From an uncultured Gemmatimonadales bacterium (GTDB lineage: Bacteria; Gemmatimonadota; Gemmatimonadetes; Gemmatimonadales; GWC2-71-9), in NCBI GenBank assembly GCA_963842945.1, contig CAWJIM010000005.1, forward strand, positions 64,001-128,000: a stretch of DNA of 64,000 bases, written 5' to 3'. The position numbers and the translations under genes were made by a program. Positions 11,754-22,171 of the stretch are shown here, one piece after another. The notes under the pieces are model-generated. The model was not told the origin of the DNA and did no database searches. It worked only from the letters and a program-made list of their open reading frames with translations. The first letter of the stretch is position 1; each line of letters starts with the position of its first letter.

Positions 11754-13985
11754 ATGCTCGGTCTTGCCGCTGGTATCCTGCTTCTGGTCCAGGCGCCCCA
11801 GCCATCGATAACTGGAGTGGTGTGGGACGGGGAGAGTGGTGCCCGTCTGGCCGACGCCCTGGTGGCCTTGCCCGATCTCAACCGCTCGGTCACCACTGAC
11901 TCTCTGGGACGCTATCGGTTTCACGATCTTCCCCCCGGTCCCCAACATCTGACTGTCCGCCGGATCGGTTACGCTCCCCGCACGCTGCACGCCTTCGTGC
12001 CGGATCAGGGGCTGCTCGAGATCGACATTTCGCTCCAGCCCGCGCCCATGCACCTCCCCGGTCTGGTGGTTCGCTCGCCCGCCGCGCTGCCGGGTCTGGA
12101 GGAGGGCGACAGCACCCCCTTCCCGGACCGCGGTGTTTCCATCGCCGCCGTGCGTAACGATCCTCTGCTGGCGGAGCCCGATGGGCTGCTGGCGCTGGAC
12201 GGAGGCGAGATTACCAGCAACCCCGAATCGCCCAGCGGACTCCATGTGCGAGGAGCCGCGTCGGATCAGACCGGCTATCTGCTGGACGGGATCCCGGTGT
12301 TCAGCCCCTATCACACGGCGGGCATCTTCAGCGCCTGGAATCCGGACGCCCTGGAGCGACTTCAGGTCTCGTCCTCCACGCCGTCGCCCGCCTACCAGGA
12401 GGCACTCTCGGGGACGGTTACGGCCATCACCCGGGCCCCCGCCTCCACGTTCACCACACAGGGGACAATGAGCACCAGCCAGGCCAGGGTCATGGTAGAC
12501 GGGCCGCTGGGGAACCAGGGAGCCGGTTTTCTAGTGAGCCTCCGGGCAGGCTACCCTGGCTGGGCCGCTCCCCGGCAGGACCCGTCCTATCTCCGAGGGG
12601 AAACCCAGGATCTTCTGGCCAAACTGGAGACCCCGCTGCTCAAAGGCAGTCTTCGACTTCTGTTCTTCGAGCTGGGGAATTCGGTGGCCTCGTCCACCCA
12701 AGCGGAGACGACCGGGCCGAGGAACGGCTTCGAGTGGGGCAGCCGCTCTATCGGAGCGCAATGGGGCAGGGACCTGGGCTCGGCCGTGGTCAGGCTCCAG
12801 GGCTGGAGCGCGTCATCCGAAGCCGAAGCCACCTGGCTGGGTGCAGCCCCGCTCGACATGGTCGGCGAACGTCAGGATGAGGGCCTGCTTGCGCTCCTGG
12901 AGACGGACGGTTTGACGTCGTCCACCACGGCGGGCTTCCGATTGGAGCGGAGCCATACGACCTACCGTTCCGGCACGGCGAATACCAGCCCGGTACTGGA
13001 GCTGAATGCGCGGGTGCCGCTGGCAACCGGCTTCCTGCAACACCGGCGCGAGCTGGGACGGCGGCTGACCGGGTCAGCTGGAATGGCGGGAATCTGGGCA
13101 GCGGGCGGGCTGCATCTGAATCTGCAGGGCGGACTGCGCTGGCGCGTCTGGCAGCCGGTCGTGCTATCGGCCAGCTACATGCGCTCTCACCAGTTCGCCC
13201 AGTCACTTCGCAACGGTGAATCGGTGGTGGGAAACATCTTTCCGGCGGAGCTGTTCACCGGATCGGGAGCCAATGGTGTTCCGGTGGCTCGCAACGACCG
13301 GGGAGTTCTCGCTGCCGATTACCGTCCAACTGCCAACCTCAGACTCGGTCTCCAGGGCTTTGTCAGCAACTACAGCGGTCTCCTTCTGGTCGCGCCCAGC
13401 ACCACCGAGCCGTTTGCCACCCGCGGTTTCATGACCGGATCGGGAACCGTCCCGGGTGTCTCGGTCAACGCGGCTCTGAGTGGCGCCCGATATGGACTGC
13501 TCGCCAGTTACGGCTGGCAACGGGTGCAGCTGGAGTACACCGATTCGAGCTACACACCAGCCTACGGCACCAGCCAGGTTCTCGAGCTCGGTGCCATCGT
13601 GTTCCCGTCCGCTACCTCCTCCATCCGGGTCGGGTTTACCGGATCGTTCGGCCGCCGATCCACCGGCGTGACCGGCGCTTTCGAGTGGGAGGCCTGCAAT
13701 CTGCTCGACCAGGGCTGTGAGTTCGGCGGGAGTCCCCAGACAGAGGATGCTTTGGGTGCGATCAAGCTCCCGGCATACGCCCGGATCGATCTGGGGGTCA
13801 GGAGGCACTGGCATCTGCGACTGGTTGGCAGAGACGTGATGCTGGCTGCCTACGGAACGCTCACCAACCTGCTGGGCCGCAGCAATGTGCTCACCATTGC
13901 CACCGATCCCGCCACCGGCCGGCGCAGCGCCATCGAGATGCGTCCGCGCGCTCCTCTCGTTGTAGGGCTCGATTGGCGATTCTGA
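11754..13985 (+). CDS. TonB-dependent receptor-like protein with carboxypeptidase-regulatory-like domain
   Basis: ITGVVWDG..GRYRF..RRIGY N-terminal domain, LHVRG..YLLDGIPV plug, terminal DWRF. Confidence 0.85.
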   Translation: MLGLAAGILLLVQAPQPSITGVVWDGESGARLADALVALPDLNRSVTTDSLGRYRFHDLPPGPQHLTVRRIGYAPRTLHAFVPDQGLLEIDISLQPAPMHLPGLVVRSPAALPGLEEGDSTPFPDRGVSIAAVRNDPLLAEPDGLLALDGGEITSNPESPSGLHVRGAASDQTGYLLDGIPVFSPYHTAGIFSAWNPDALERLQVSSSTPSPAYQEALSGTVTAITRAPASTFTTQGTMSTSQARVMVDGPLGNQGAGFLVSLRAGYPGWAAPRQDPSYLRGETQDLLAKLETPLLKGSLRLLFFELGNSVASSTQAETTGPRNGFEWGSRSIGAQWGRDLGSAVVRLQGWSASSEAEATWLGAAPLDMVGERQDEGLLALLETDGLTSSTTAGFRLERSHTTYRSGTANTSPVLELNARVPLATGFLQHRRELGRRLTGSAGMAGIWAAGGLHLNLQGGLRWRVWQPVVLSASYMRSHQFAQSLRNGESVVGNIFPAELFTGSGANGVPVARNDRGVLAADYRPTANLRLGLQGFVSNYSGLLLVAPSTTEPFATRGFMTGSGTVPGVSVNAALSGARYGLLASYGWQRVQLEYTDSSYTPAYGTSQVLELGAIVFPSATSSIRVGFTGSFGRRSTGVTGAFEWEACNLLDQGCEFGGSPQTEDALGAIKLPAYARIDLGVRRHWHLRLVGRDVMLAAYGTLTNLLGRSNVLTIATDPATGRRSAIEMRPRAPLVVGLDWRF

Positions 13986-14035
13986 TACCTGTCACAAGAA
14001 AACACGTTTGTTGGCTCCACTCATGTGGCAGTGAC

Positions 14036-14139
14036 CACCTCATCCCGAGCGCAGCGAGGGATCCAGGCCGTGGGTTCAGCACGGTAGCAGAGATTGCGAC
14101 ATACAGGGGTAGATCCCTCGTTTCTCTCGGGATGAGGTG
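14036..14139. repeat. REP-like palindromic element (28-bp arms)
   Basis: CACCTCATCCCGAG-cgcag-CGAGGGATC ... GATCCCTCG-tttct-CTCGGGATGAGGTG. Confidence 0.85.
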
Positions 14140-14143
14140 AGTA

Positions 14144-14656
14144 GTGGCCCTGGAGTTCGATGCGCTGTTCTCGGAACTCTTTGAAAGGGAGTTTCCCCGC
14201 CTGTTCCGCTATCTCGACCGACTGTCGGGCGAGCCGGATCTTGCGGCCGACCTGGTGCAGGAGGCCTTCGTGCGGCTGAACGACCGGGGCGAGATGCCTG
14301 ACCGCCCTGCGCTGTGGCTGGTCACTGTGGCCCTGAATCTGTTTCGCAACGTGAAGACCACCCGTTCGAGAAGACGCCGGCTGCTCACCGCCACGCGGGT
14401 CGAGGCAACTCTGGCGGATTCGCCGCCGAACCCGGCCGAGAGAGTTCAGGCCGAAGAAACCCGGGCCCAGGTACGCCATGCAATAGATCGGCTGGAGGAC
14501 CGAGACCGCCAGCTGCTTCTGTTGCGAGCGGAAGGATACAGTTACCGCGATATGGCCTCTGTGCTGGGGTTGAACGAGAACAGCGTCGGTACGCTCCTGG
14601 CGCGGGCCAAACGGGCCTTCCGCGAAGCGTACCAGGAGGACCCCCATGCATCTTGA
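14144..14656 (+). CDS. ECF RNA polymerase sigma factor
   Basis: AADLVQEAF (region 2), WLVTVALN, GYSYRDMASVLG..SVGTLLARA (region 4). Confidence 0.93.
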   Translation: MALEFDALFSELFEREFPRLFRYLDRLSGEPDLAADLVQEAFVRLNDRGEMPDRPALWLVTVALNLFRNVKTTRSRRRRLLTATRVEATLADSPPNPAERVQAEETRAQVRHAIDRLEDRDRQLLLLRAEGYSYRDMASVLGLNENSVGTLLARAKRAFREAYQEDPHAS

Positions 14657-15374
14657 TCCGGAGCAGCTGGAGCGCACGCTGCATGGCGAGTTGCGGCCGG
14701 ATGATGGCTCGGTCCGGGAGCACCTGGCCGGGTGTCAGGAGTGCCGGCTTCGAGTCAGTCAGGCCGAGCAGGACGAGGCCTGGATCATGGAGCAGCTGCG
14801 CCACCTGGATCATCGCCAGCCATCGCCGACGATCCGGATCAGCTCGGCGGCGCCCCGTCGGGTGGGCTGGTCCCGGCCGCAGCGGCTGGCGGCAGGTCTG
14901 GCGCTCACGGTTGCGGCTGCAGGTGCGGCCTATGCTGTGCCCGGCTCTCCACTTCCCCGGGCGGTTCACCACGTCGTCAGCCTGTTGCAGGGGTCCAGCC
15001 GCACATCGCCGACTCCTCCTCCAGTTCCTGCCCCATCTCGATTCCAGGGTGGAATCGCGGTAGCCCCCGGAAATCACTTCGCCATTGTCTTCTCCGGGGT
15101 GGTGCCGGCCGGTAGCGCGAGGCTTTCCCTGACCAGCGGTGAGGATTTGCTGGTGCGAGCCTTGGATGGGGCGAACTTCCAATCGGACGTGGACCGGTTG
15201 CTGGTGGAGAGCAAGACACCCGGCGCCAAGTTCGAGGTGGAGATTCCTCGCTCGGCGCCATCGGTCGAGATCCGAGTGGGCGGACGAATCGTGTTCCGAA
15301 AGGACTCCTCCCGAATCGCAACCAATGCCCCGATATCGGCGGATGGGAGCTACCGGCTGATGTTGGGGAACTGA
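14646..15374 (+). CDS. Zinc-binding (ZAS) membrane anti-sigma factor
   Basis: HLAGCQEC (HxxxCxxC), single hydrophobic segment, overlaps the sigma gene. Confidence 0.8.
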   Translation: MHLDPEQLERTLHGELRPDDGSVREHLAGCQECRLRVSQAEQDEAWIMEQLRHLDHRQPSPTIRISSAAPRRVGWSRPQRLAAGLALTVAAAGAAYAVPGSPLPRAVHHVVSLLQGSSRTSPTPPPVPAPSRFQGGIAVAPGNHFAIVFSGVVPAGSARLSLTSGEDLLVRALDGANFQSDVDRLLVESKTPGAKFEVEIPRSAPSVEIRVGGRIVFRKDSSRIATNAPISADGSYRLMLGN

Positions 15375-15467
15375 ACAGGGTATCCCGGGTGACCATTGGT
15401 GACACCCGTCACGAGCTGAGCGCTCAAAGGTTCCTAATAAGAACCTGCTACTCTCCAGGAGATTGTT

Positions 15468-16250
15468 ATGAAGCCTCTCGCTTTAATCATCGCGCTGACG
15501 GTTCCATTGCTCTGGAGCTGCGACGGTCAGCCAACTCAGCCCTCCGACGCCGGATCGGACCCGGCCCCAAGCAAAGCCAGTGCGCTGGCCAGCGCGTCGT
15601 CGGCCGAACAGCCGAACATCTCTCCTCATTTTGACCCCAGCAACTTCGTCCGAGTGGTGGATAATCCTCTCTTCCCGCTCCGGCCAGGCACGCGGTTCGT
15701 ATTCGAGGGTGAGGAGGATGGTGAGACCGAGACCAACGTGACCATCGTGACTCACGACCGAAAGAACATCCTCGGCGTCAGCGCCATCGTGGTTCTGGAC
15801 CGGGTCTTCGTCGAGGGTGAGCTGAAGGAGAAGACCTTCGATTGGTACGCGCAGGACAAGCAGGGGAACGTCTGGTATCTGGGGGAGAACACCAAGGAGT
15901 ACGAGGACGGCAAGGTGGTGAGCACGGAGGGTAGCTGGCAGGCGGGCAGAGATGGCGCCGAGCCCGGCATCATCATGCTGGCGCATCCGCGAGTCGGCGA
16001 CAGCTATCGCCAGGAATTCTTCGTCGGTGAGGCGGAGGACCAGGCCCGCGTCGTCGCGCGAGACCTAGACCAGCGGGTGCCCTACGGCTCGTTTGAGAAC
16101 TGCATGAGGACGGTGGAGTTCACTCGCCTGGAGCCGGGAGTGAAGGAGGCCAAGATCTTTTGTCCCGGTGTTGGCTTCGTGAGGGCCCATGGGGTGGAGG
16201 GCCCCACCACCCGCCTGGTGCTGACCGACATTACCCAGGTGTCTCGCTAG
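15468..16250 (+). CDS. Hypothetical lipoprotein
   Basis: AGGAG RBS, lipobox LWSC, DWYAQDKQGNVWYLGE segment, intact ORF. Confidence 0.8.
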   Translation: MKPLALIIALTVPLLWSCDGQPTQPSDAGSDPAPSKASALASASSAEQPNISPHFDPSNFVRVVDNPLFPLRPGTRFVFEGEEDGETETNVTIVTHDRKNILGVSAIVVLDRVFVEGELKEKTFDWYAQDKQGNVWYLGENTKEYEDGKVVSTEGSWQAGRDGAEPGIIMLAHPRVGDSYRQEFFVGEAEDQARVVARDLDQRVPYGSFENCMRTVEFTRLEPGVKEAKIFCPGVGFVRAHGVEGPTTRLVLTDITQVSR

Positions 16251-16256
16251 TTCGCC

Positions 16257-16694
16257 TCAATCCTGTGACGCCGCCGTCGGAGGCGCGTCGCCGCCAGGGT
16301 CTGCGCTCATGGAAGAGCCGCTGCTTGGGGGGATAACCGTAACGGTCTTCCCCGGCAGGAGCTCGTGCTCGTCTGCCGGCTCACTTGTTGGGGGAGGAGA
16401 CTCCACGACCGGGCTGAGGGTGATAGGAATGATGGGCAACGGCTCGTAATGGACCGGAACGATCACGGGCTCCAACAACGGCGGCGTTGGGCGCGGCTTG
16501 CTCGTTCGACGTGCCGGGTGTTGCTGGATGGGACGGCCAACCTCCACCGGTAAAGCAACCTCAGCCCGAGGCGATGATGGCAGCACCTGTAGGGTGAGCT
16601 CTCTCTTGGTAACAGCGGGGGCGGCCGGGTCGGGTTCCGGCGTTCCACAGGCGGCCGCGACAATAGCAAGGGGGAGAAGAAATATCTTGCGCAT
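16257..16694 (-). CDS. Proline-rich hypothetical lipoprotein
   Basis: MRKIFLLPLAIVAAAC signal/lipobox with GGAG upstream. Confidence 0.6.
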   Translation of the reverse strand: MRKIFLLPLAIVAAACGTPEPDPAAPAVTKRELTLQVLPSSPRAEVALPVEVGRPIQQHPARRTSKPRPTPPLLEPVIVPVHYEPLPIIPITLSPVVESPPPTSEPADEHELLPGKTVTVIPPSSGSSMSADPGGDAPPTAASQD

Positions 16695-16960
16695 GAAGTC
16701 TCCGGACATGAACTGCTCGTGTTCCACAGTAGACGCCGGGATCGAGCTTCACCACACGCAGTTGCATGCTTCAATGTGCACCGATGTCCAAGCCTTACTA
16801 CTTTCAGAGCGTCTCAGGCAACGCGAGATCAGGAGCGTTGCCACGGCCGACGGTAGATAGATAGTGGGTTTCATCGCTTCCTCCTCACTGCTGGCGTTCA
16901 TTCAATCATCCACTTCCCATATATCTGTCGAATGAGCGCCGCTGAAATCGACACACCGAC

Positions 16961-19313
16961 ATGAACCGCAACGCTCCCGCTATCCTCCTGCCATTCGTTC
17001 TGATTCTCGGCGCCACCGACCTCGCATGGTCTCAGCAGGATTCCGCGCCGGCTGTTATGGACGGGATCAGCAATCAGGGAAAGAACCAGGCCGACCCCTA
17101 CGCCGCTGCCGGCGACCGGAGCTACATCATCGGGACCCAGGACGGGAAGTTTCCCGATCTGGGCGGCCATGTGTCAGGCGAGATGGGTGGGGTCTGGATC
17201 CATCCCATCAAACTGGTGGATGGCTTCTGGGCCAGGGTCAGCGAGGAGGGAACCAACCAGGAGGTCCAACTCCAGTCGGCCACCGAATTCATCAACTATC
17301 CCTACGGCAATCGGTTTCGCTATGGCGAGGTGGTGAACGATGTAGAGATCGAGCGCTTTCAGTTCAGCCCGGATGGATACCCGGGCGCTGTGGTGCAATA
17401 CGTCTTCAAGAACAAGGCCGACCGCCGCCGCAACCTGAATCTGCGAGCTTGCCGTCAAGACCGACCTCCTCCCGGTGTGGTTCTCCGATGAGCTCGGCAT
17501 CAAGGACGCACCGGACACCGTCGCCTGGGACCGGACCCGGAACCGGTTTCTGGCCCGGGACACTCGGCATCCGTGGTTCGCCCTTTGGGGAGCAGTTCCC
17601 TCCGATCGTGCCCAACCGGTCGAGCACCCTCAACCGATACCCACGAAAGGAATGGGTGGCACAGCGGCATCGCGTCACCCGGTCACGCTGGAGCCTCACG
17701 ACAGCGCGACTCTGACCTTCATCATCGCCGGCTCAGCTACCGGTAAGGCTGAGGCTGACAGCGCCTACGCGTATCTGGCCCGGCATCACTCGAGCCTGCT
17801 GGCCCGGAAGAAAGACCACTATGCCGCCATCGTGCGGCGGGGACGAATCACGATCCCCGACCGGCGTCTGCAGGAGGTCTACGATTGGGTAAAGGTGAAC
17901 GCCGAGTGGATGGTGAGGAACGTGCCCGGAATCGGGCGCGGACTCGGTGGCGGGCTGATGGAGTATCCGTGGTGGTTTGGGACCGAAGGGTACTCGCTGC
18001 TGGCGCTCACAGCGTCGGGAGATTACACCGTGCCCAGGCAGACGCTGAGACTGCTGCGGAGCCAGTCGGCCAAGGCGAACGGCAATGGCAGGATCCTGCA
18101 TGAGGTCACCACCAATGGCGGTGTCTCCAACCCGGGCAACACTCAGGAAACTGCGCTGTTCATCATGGTGGTCGGCAAGCTGGTGCAGTGGAGCGGCGAT
18201 CTGAGCTTTGCCCGGGAGATGTATCCCGCCATGACTTCTGGACTCCACTGGTTGCTCAGCGACGCAGACCGAAACCGAAACCTCTTCCCGGAGGGCTACG
18301 GGATCATGGAGGTGCTGGGTCTCAACGCCGAGGTGATCGACGTGGCGGTGTACACTCAGCAGGCGTTGCTGGCCACTTCCCGGGTGGCGGCGATGCTCGG
18401 TAAGCGCGAGGCGGCGGAGCGCTATCGGGGGACAGCGGCACAGTTAGCCAGCAGGATCGAGCAGCGTTTCTGGATCGAGGAGGAAGGTTCCTACGGTGAT
18501 TTCTACGGGACCAGGGCTCAGGCCATCAGCACCGTGGAAGGAGCGACCAAGCAGATCGGACTCAAAGGTGCAAACGAGCTGACCGACCAGGACAGGCATT
18601 CGATCGCGTATTACGAACAGCTCAAGCAACGATTCGCCGCCATGCCCGACAGCAGCAGAGCCTGGATCACCAATCGGAATTGGGTGATCAGCACCCCGGT
18701 GGAGGTGGGCATTGCGCCGCGGGACCGGGCGCTCCGGCTGCTGGACCAGGTTCGAAAAAAGAACGTGGGTGAGTATGGCCCGTACCTGTCCGCCACAGAG
18801 AAACAGGCGATGATGACCATCTCGACTGGTGTACAGGCGGTATCCGAGGCCCGCTATGGACGGGTCGACCAGGCGCTCTGGTACATGAACAAGATCGTGG
18901 AGACGTTCGGCCGAAAGCTGCCGGGATCGATCTCGGAGATGATGCCGGACTACGGCTGCTTTGCCATCTCCTGGACTGCTTACGGGATTCTGGTGCCGCT
19001 GATCGAGCAGATCTTCGGCATCCAGGCCGACGCCCCGAACAAGACCGTGGTGTTCGAGCCGCAGCTGCCTCGGGGCTGGGAGAACCTCAGCATCCAGGAC
19101 CTGCCGGTTGGAGCCAACCTGATCTCCTTCTCCCGCGCCAAGACGGACAAGGGCATCGAATACACCATCGAAGCGAAGCAAAGCGGGTGGACCTTTGTTC
19201 TGAAGGATGGCTCGACAGGGGCCAGGTACATGGTGAACGGCAAGGCCGTATCGCCTACCTCCTCCGGAATACGGATGAATGGAAGGACTAACCACGTTCT
19301 CCTGGTGCAGTAG
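16961..19313 (+). CDS. Secreted six-hairpin glycoside hydrolase (glycogen-debranching/amylo-alpha-1,6-glucosidase-like); frameshift near 17450
   Basis: Signal peptide; YPWWFG, GRILHE, GNTQET, PEGYGIME, GSISEMMPDYGCF motifs; two overlapping ORFs. Confidence 0.8.
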
Positions 19314-19393
19314 CTGAGCGGCGTCTTGCGCACCTACAATGTGCGCGATAATTCTTGACCGATCATAGCCGTTCTCAGACCCAGGAGAGCAAA

Positions 19394-20494
19394 ATGCATC
19401 GTACCTTCGCAATGACCGGGCTGGCCGCTGGCGTTGCCGGCGCCATAGTCCTTGCTTGTTCCGGTAGTCCCGATCCTGCCACCGCACCTTCCACTCCCAT
19501 GCTCGCGGCAACTGCCGCCGGCCCGACGGTCGATACTCAACGAAGCGGTACCACCAACCGGCTCCAGGCGGTGGACCCGGTGAATCGAAACGTGGTATGG
19601 GCCAGCGGTGTTGGCGGGACGTTCGTGGTCACCACCGACGGCGGACAGCACTGGCGTAAAGGGGTGGTGGCGGGCGCCAGCAATCTCGAGTTCAGAGACG
19701 TGGAAGGGGTAAGCGCCAACGTGGCCTATCTGATGTCGTCCGGCCCCGGCGCCGCGTCCCGGATTTACAAGACGACCAATGGCGGACAGAGCTGGTCGCT
19801 GCAGTTCCAGAACGACAAGGAGAACGCGTTCTACGACTGTTTCGACTTCTGGACCCCACAGCGTGGCCTCGCGTTCAGCGATCCGGTCGACCGTCGCTTC
19901 CCCGTGCTCCGGGTAACCGACGGGAGGCATTGGCAGGATATCGGTGACCGGCTGCCCCGCGCCCTCGAGGGCGAGTTCGGCTTTGCCGCCAGCGGCACCT
20001 GTATCGCGACCCAGGGCGACCAGCGCGCCTGGATCACCACCGGCGGCGCCAGCGTCGCCCGGGTATTGGCCACCACCGACGGCGGGCAGACCTGGCACGC
20101 GTACGACACGCCGCTGGTGTCCAACCCCAACGCCGGCGCATTCACCATAGCGTTCCGGAACGCCTCGGATGGTATCGTGGCCGGAGGAGATCTGACTCCG
20201 TGGCATCCTCATCCTCGGGCGCGTATCGCCACCTCCGATGATGGCGGCAGGACCTGGAGCCTGGTGAAGACACCGCCGTTCAATGGCGCGGTGTTCGGCC
20301 TCAGCTATGTGCCGGGACGTGGACGGCTGGTGGTGATCACCGGACCTGCCGGTGCCGCCTGGTCCCGAACTGAAGGGGAAGAGGGCTGGACCACGATCCC
20401 CGGTGTCGAAGGGTTCTGGGCTGTCGCGTTTGCCGATGAGCACTCCGGCTGGCTGGTGGGCACCGACGGGAGAATCCTGAAGGTCAGTTTCTGA
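19394..20494 (+). CDS. BNR/Asp-box beta-propeller lipoprotein (YCF48-like)
   Basis: Repeated TTDGGQxW / TSDDGGRTW Asp-boxes; FAASGT; lipobox LAC; AGGAG RBS. Confidence 0.85.
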   Translation: MHRTFAMTGLAAGVAGAIVLACSGSPDPATAPSTPMLAATAAGPTVDTQRSGTTNRLQAVDPVNRNVVWASGVGGTFVVTTDGGQHWRKGVVAGASNLEFRDVEGVSANVAYLMSSGPGAASRIYKTTNGGQSWSLQFQNDKENAFYDCFDFWTPQRGLAFSDPVDRRFPVLRVTDGRHWQDIGDRLPRALEGEFGFAASGTCIATQGDQRAWITTGGASVARVLATTDGGQTWHAYDTPLVSNPNAGAFTIAFRNASDGIVAGGDLTPWHPHPRARIATSDDGGRTWSLVKTPPFNGAVFGLSYVPGRGRLVVITGPAGAAWSRTEGEEGWTTIPGVEGFWAVAFADEHSGWLVGTDGRILKVSF

Positions 20495-21643
20495 CCCAGT
20501 ACGATGTCATTGTCGTAGGCCTGGGCGGGATGGGGAGCGCCACGCTCTTTCATCTCGCCCGGCGCGGCCTCCGCGTTCTTGGCCTGGAACGCTACGACCT
20601 GCTCCACGAATACGGCTCATCCCACGGTCTCACCCGCATCATCCGTCTGGCCTATTGGGAGCATCCCGGTTACGTCGCCTTGCTGCGCCGCTCGTACCAG
20701 CTGTGGCGCGAGCTCGAGCGACTCTCGGGTGAACAACTGCTCCACATCACCGGCAGCATCGATGGCGGTCCGGGAAACGGCCCGGTGTTTACCGGGGCGC
20801 TTCGCTCGAGCGAGCAGCATGGATTGCCCTATGAGGTGATGGATGGGGCCGAGCTGAACCGACGCTTTCCCGGATACCGGCTGCCGCGGGAGATCCAGTG
20901 CCTCTATCAGCCCGAGGGCGGGTTTCTCCTGCCGGAGCGGTGCAACCTGGCCCATATCAATGCAGCGCTGGCCGCAGGCGCTGCAGGCGCGATATCGAGA
21001 GCCGGTAATAGAATGGGGGGTGACTGGAGGGCGCTGCTGGGTCCGTACCTTACGCGAGCGGTACGAAGCGGGGAGACTGGTCATCGCAGCCGGCGCCTGG
21101 GCATCGAAGCTGGTGCCGGAGCTTGCTGAGCTGGCGGTGCCCGAACGGCAGGTGCTCGCCTGGCTCCAAACGACCCGGCCCGAGCGATTCACACCCGATG
21201 TCTTTCCCGTCTTCTATATCGAGTTGGAGGAGGGGCGCTACTACGGCTTCCCCAGCTTCCTGGTCCCGGGCTTCAAGTTCGGCCGCTACCACCATCGCCA
21301 GGAGCGAGTCGATCCCGATCGGATGAATCGCGAGCCCGACCCGGAGGACGAGCAGCTGCTGCGGACGTTTGCCGAGCGCTACTTTCCCGATGCAGCCGGT
21401 CCCACGCTGATGCTCAAGACCTGTCTCTTCACCAACAGTCCGGACGAGCACTTCATCCTGGACCTACATCCCACTCATCCCGAGGTGGCGCTGGCCGCCG
21501 GGTTTTCCGGACACGGCTACAAGTTCTGCAGCGTGGTCGGGGAGATCATGGCTGATCTGGCCCAGAAAGGGGAGACGGAACACAACATCGGGTTCCTGGG
21601 GCTGAAGCGGTTCGCGGGAGCCGAAACTGCTCGGCGGCCTTAG
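20491..21643 (+). CDS. solA: N-methyl-L-tryptophan/sarcosine oxidase; start codon unclear, frameshift near 20980
   Basis: YDVIVVGLGGMG FAD motif, GSSHGLTRIIRLAY, CLFTNSPDEHFILD, GFSGHGYKF. Confidence 0.88.
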
Positions 21644-21657
21644 TCGGACGCCTGCGA

Positions 21658-22101
21658 TCACCAGCGGGTGGTAGAAAGCGTATCCCGCTTGGGCTCCTGG
21701 GATTTGAGGTAGCTGACCAGTCGCCAGATCGCGTCAGGGGGCAGGGTGCCTCCCCACGCCGGCATCCCGCGGGCTCGTCCGTAGAAAATCGAGTGATAGA
21801 TCTCGCCGTCGGCGCCGCCGTATTTCCACCGGCCGTCCACCAGACTCGGTCCTTCGGCTCCCACCGCGCCACCCCCATGGCACCCGTCGCAGTTGAAGGA
21901 AGAGAAGAGCTTTCCCCCGTCTTCCGCTGCCTGTTTGTCATCCTTGAGTGGGTTCTCGAGTGTCCCCGCCGGCGGTGGCGTTCCTCCCGCGTCCACGTGC
22001 TGGTCGTAGTTGATGGCCGGAGGAGCGCTGCGCTGCGCCTGAGCGGCACCAGCTGCCAGGCACAGGGCCACAACTGCCGCCAGTATCCGCGTGTTTGTCA
22101 T
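21658..22101 (-). CDS. Periplasmic monoheme cytochrome c (XoxG/cytochrome cL-like)
   Basis: Signal peptide, CDGCH heme motif, GMPAWG Met ligand; lies downstream of a PQQ dehydrogenase. Confidence 0.88.
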   Translation of the reverse strand: MTNTRILAAVVALCLAAGAAQAQRSAPPAINYDQHVDAGGTPPPAGTLENPLKDDKQAAEDGGKLFSSFNCDGCHGGGAVGAEGPSLVDGRWKYGGADGEIYHSIFYGRARGMPAWGGTLPPDAIWRLVSYLKSQEPKRDTLSTTRW

Positions 22102-22112
22102 CGACGCTCCCC

Positions 22113-22154
22113 TAGCTCGTAGCTTCCAGCTTGTAGCTCCTGGCTCCCGGCTCC
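22113..22154. repeat. Degenerate heptamer tandem repeat
   Basis: TAGCTCG TAGCTTC CAGCTTG TAGCTCC TGGCTCC CGGCTCC between the dehydrogenase and cytochrome genes. Confidence 0.7.
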
Positions 22155-22171
22155 ACCACCTGGCGACTGAC

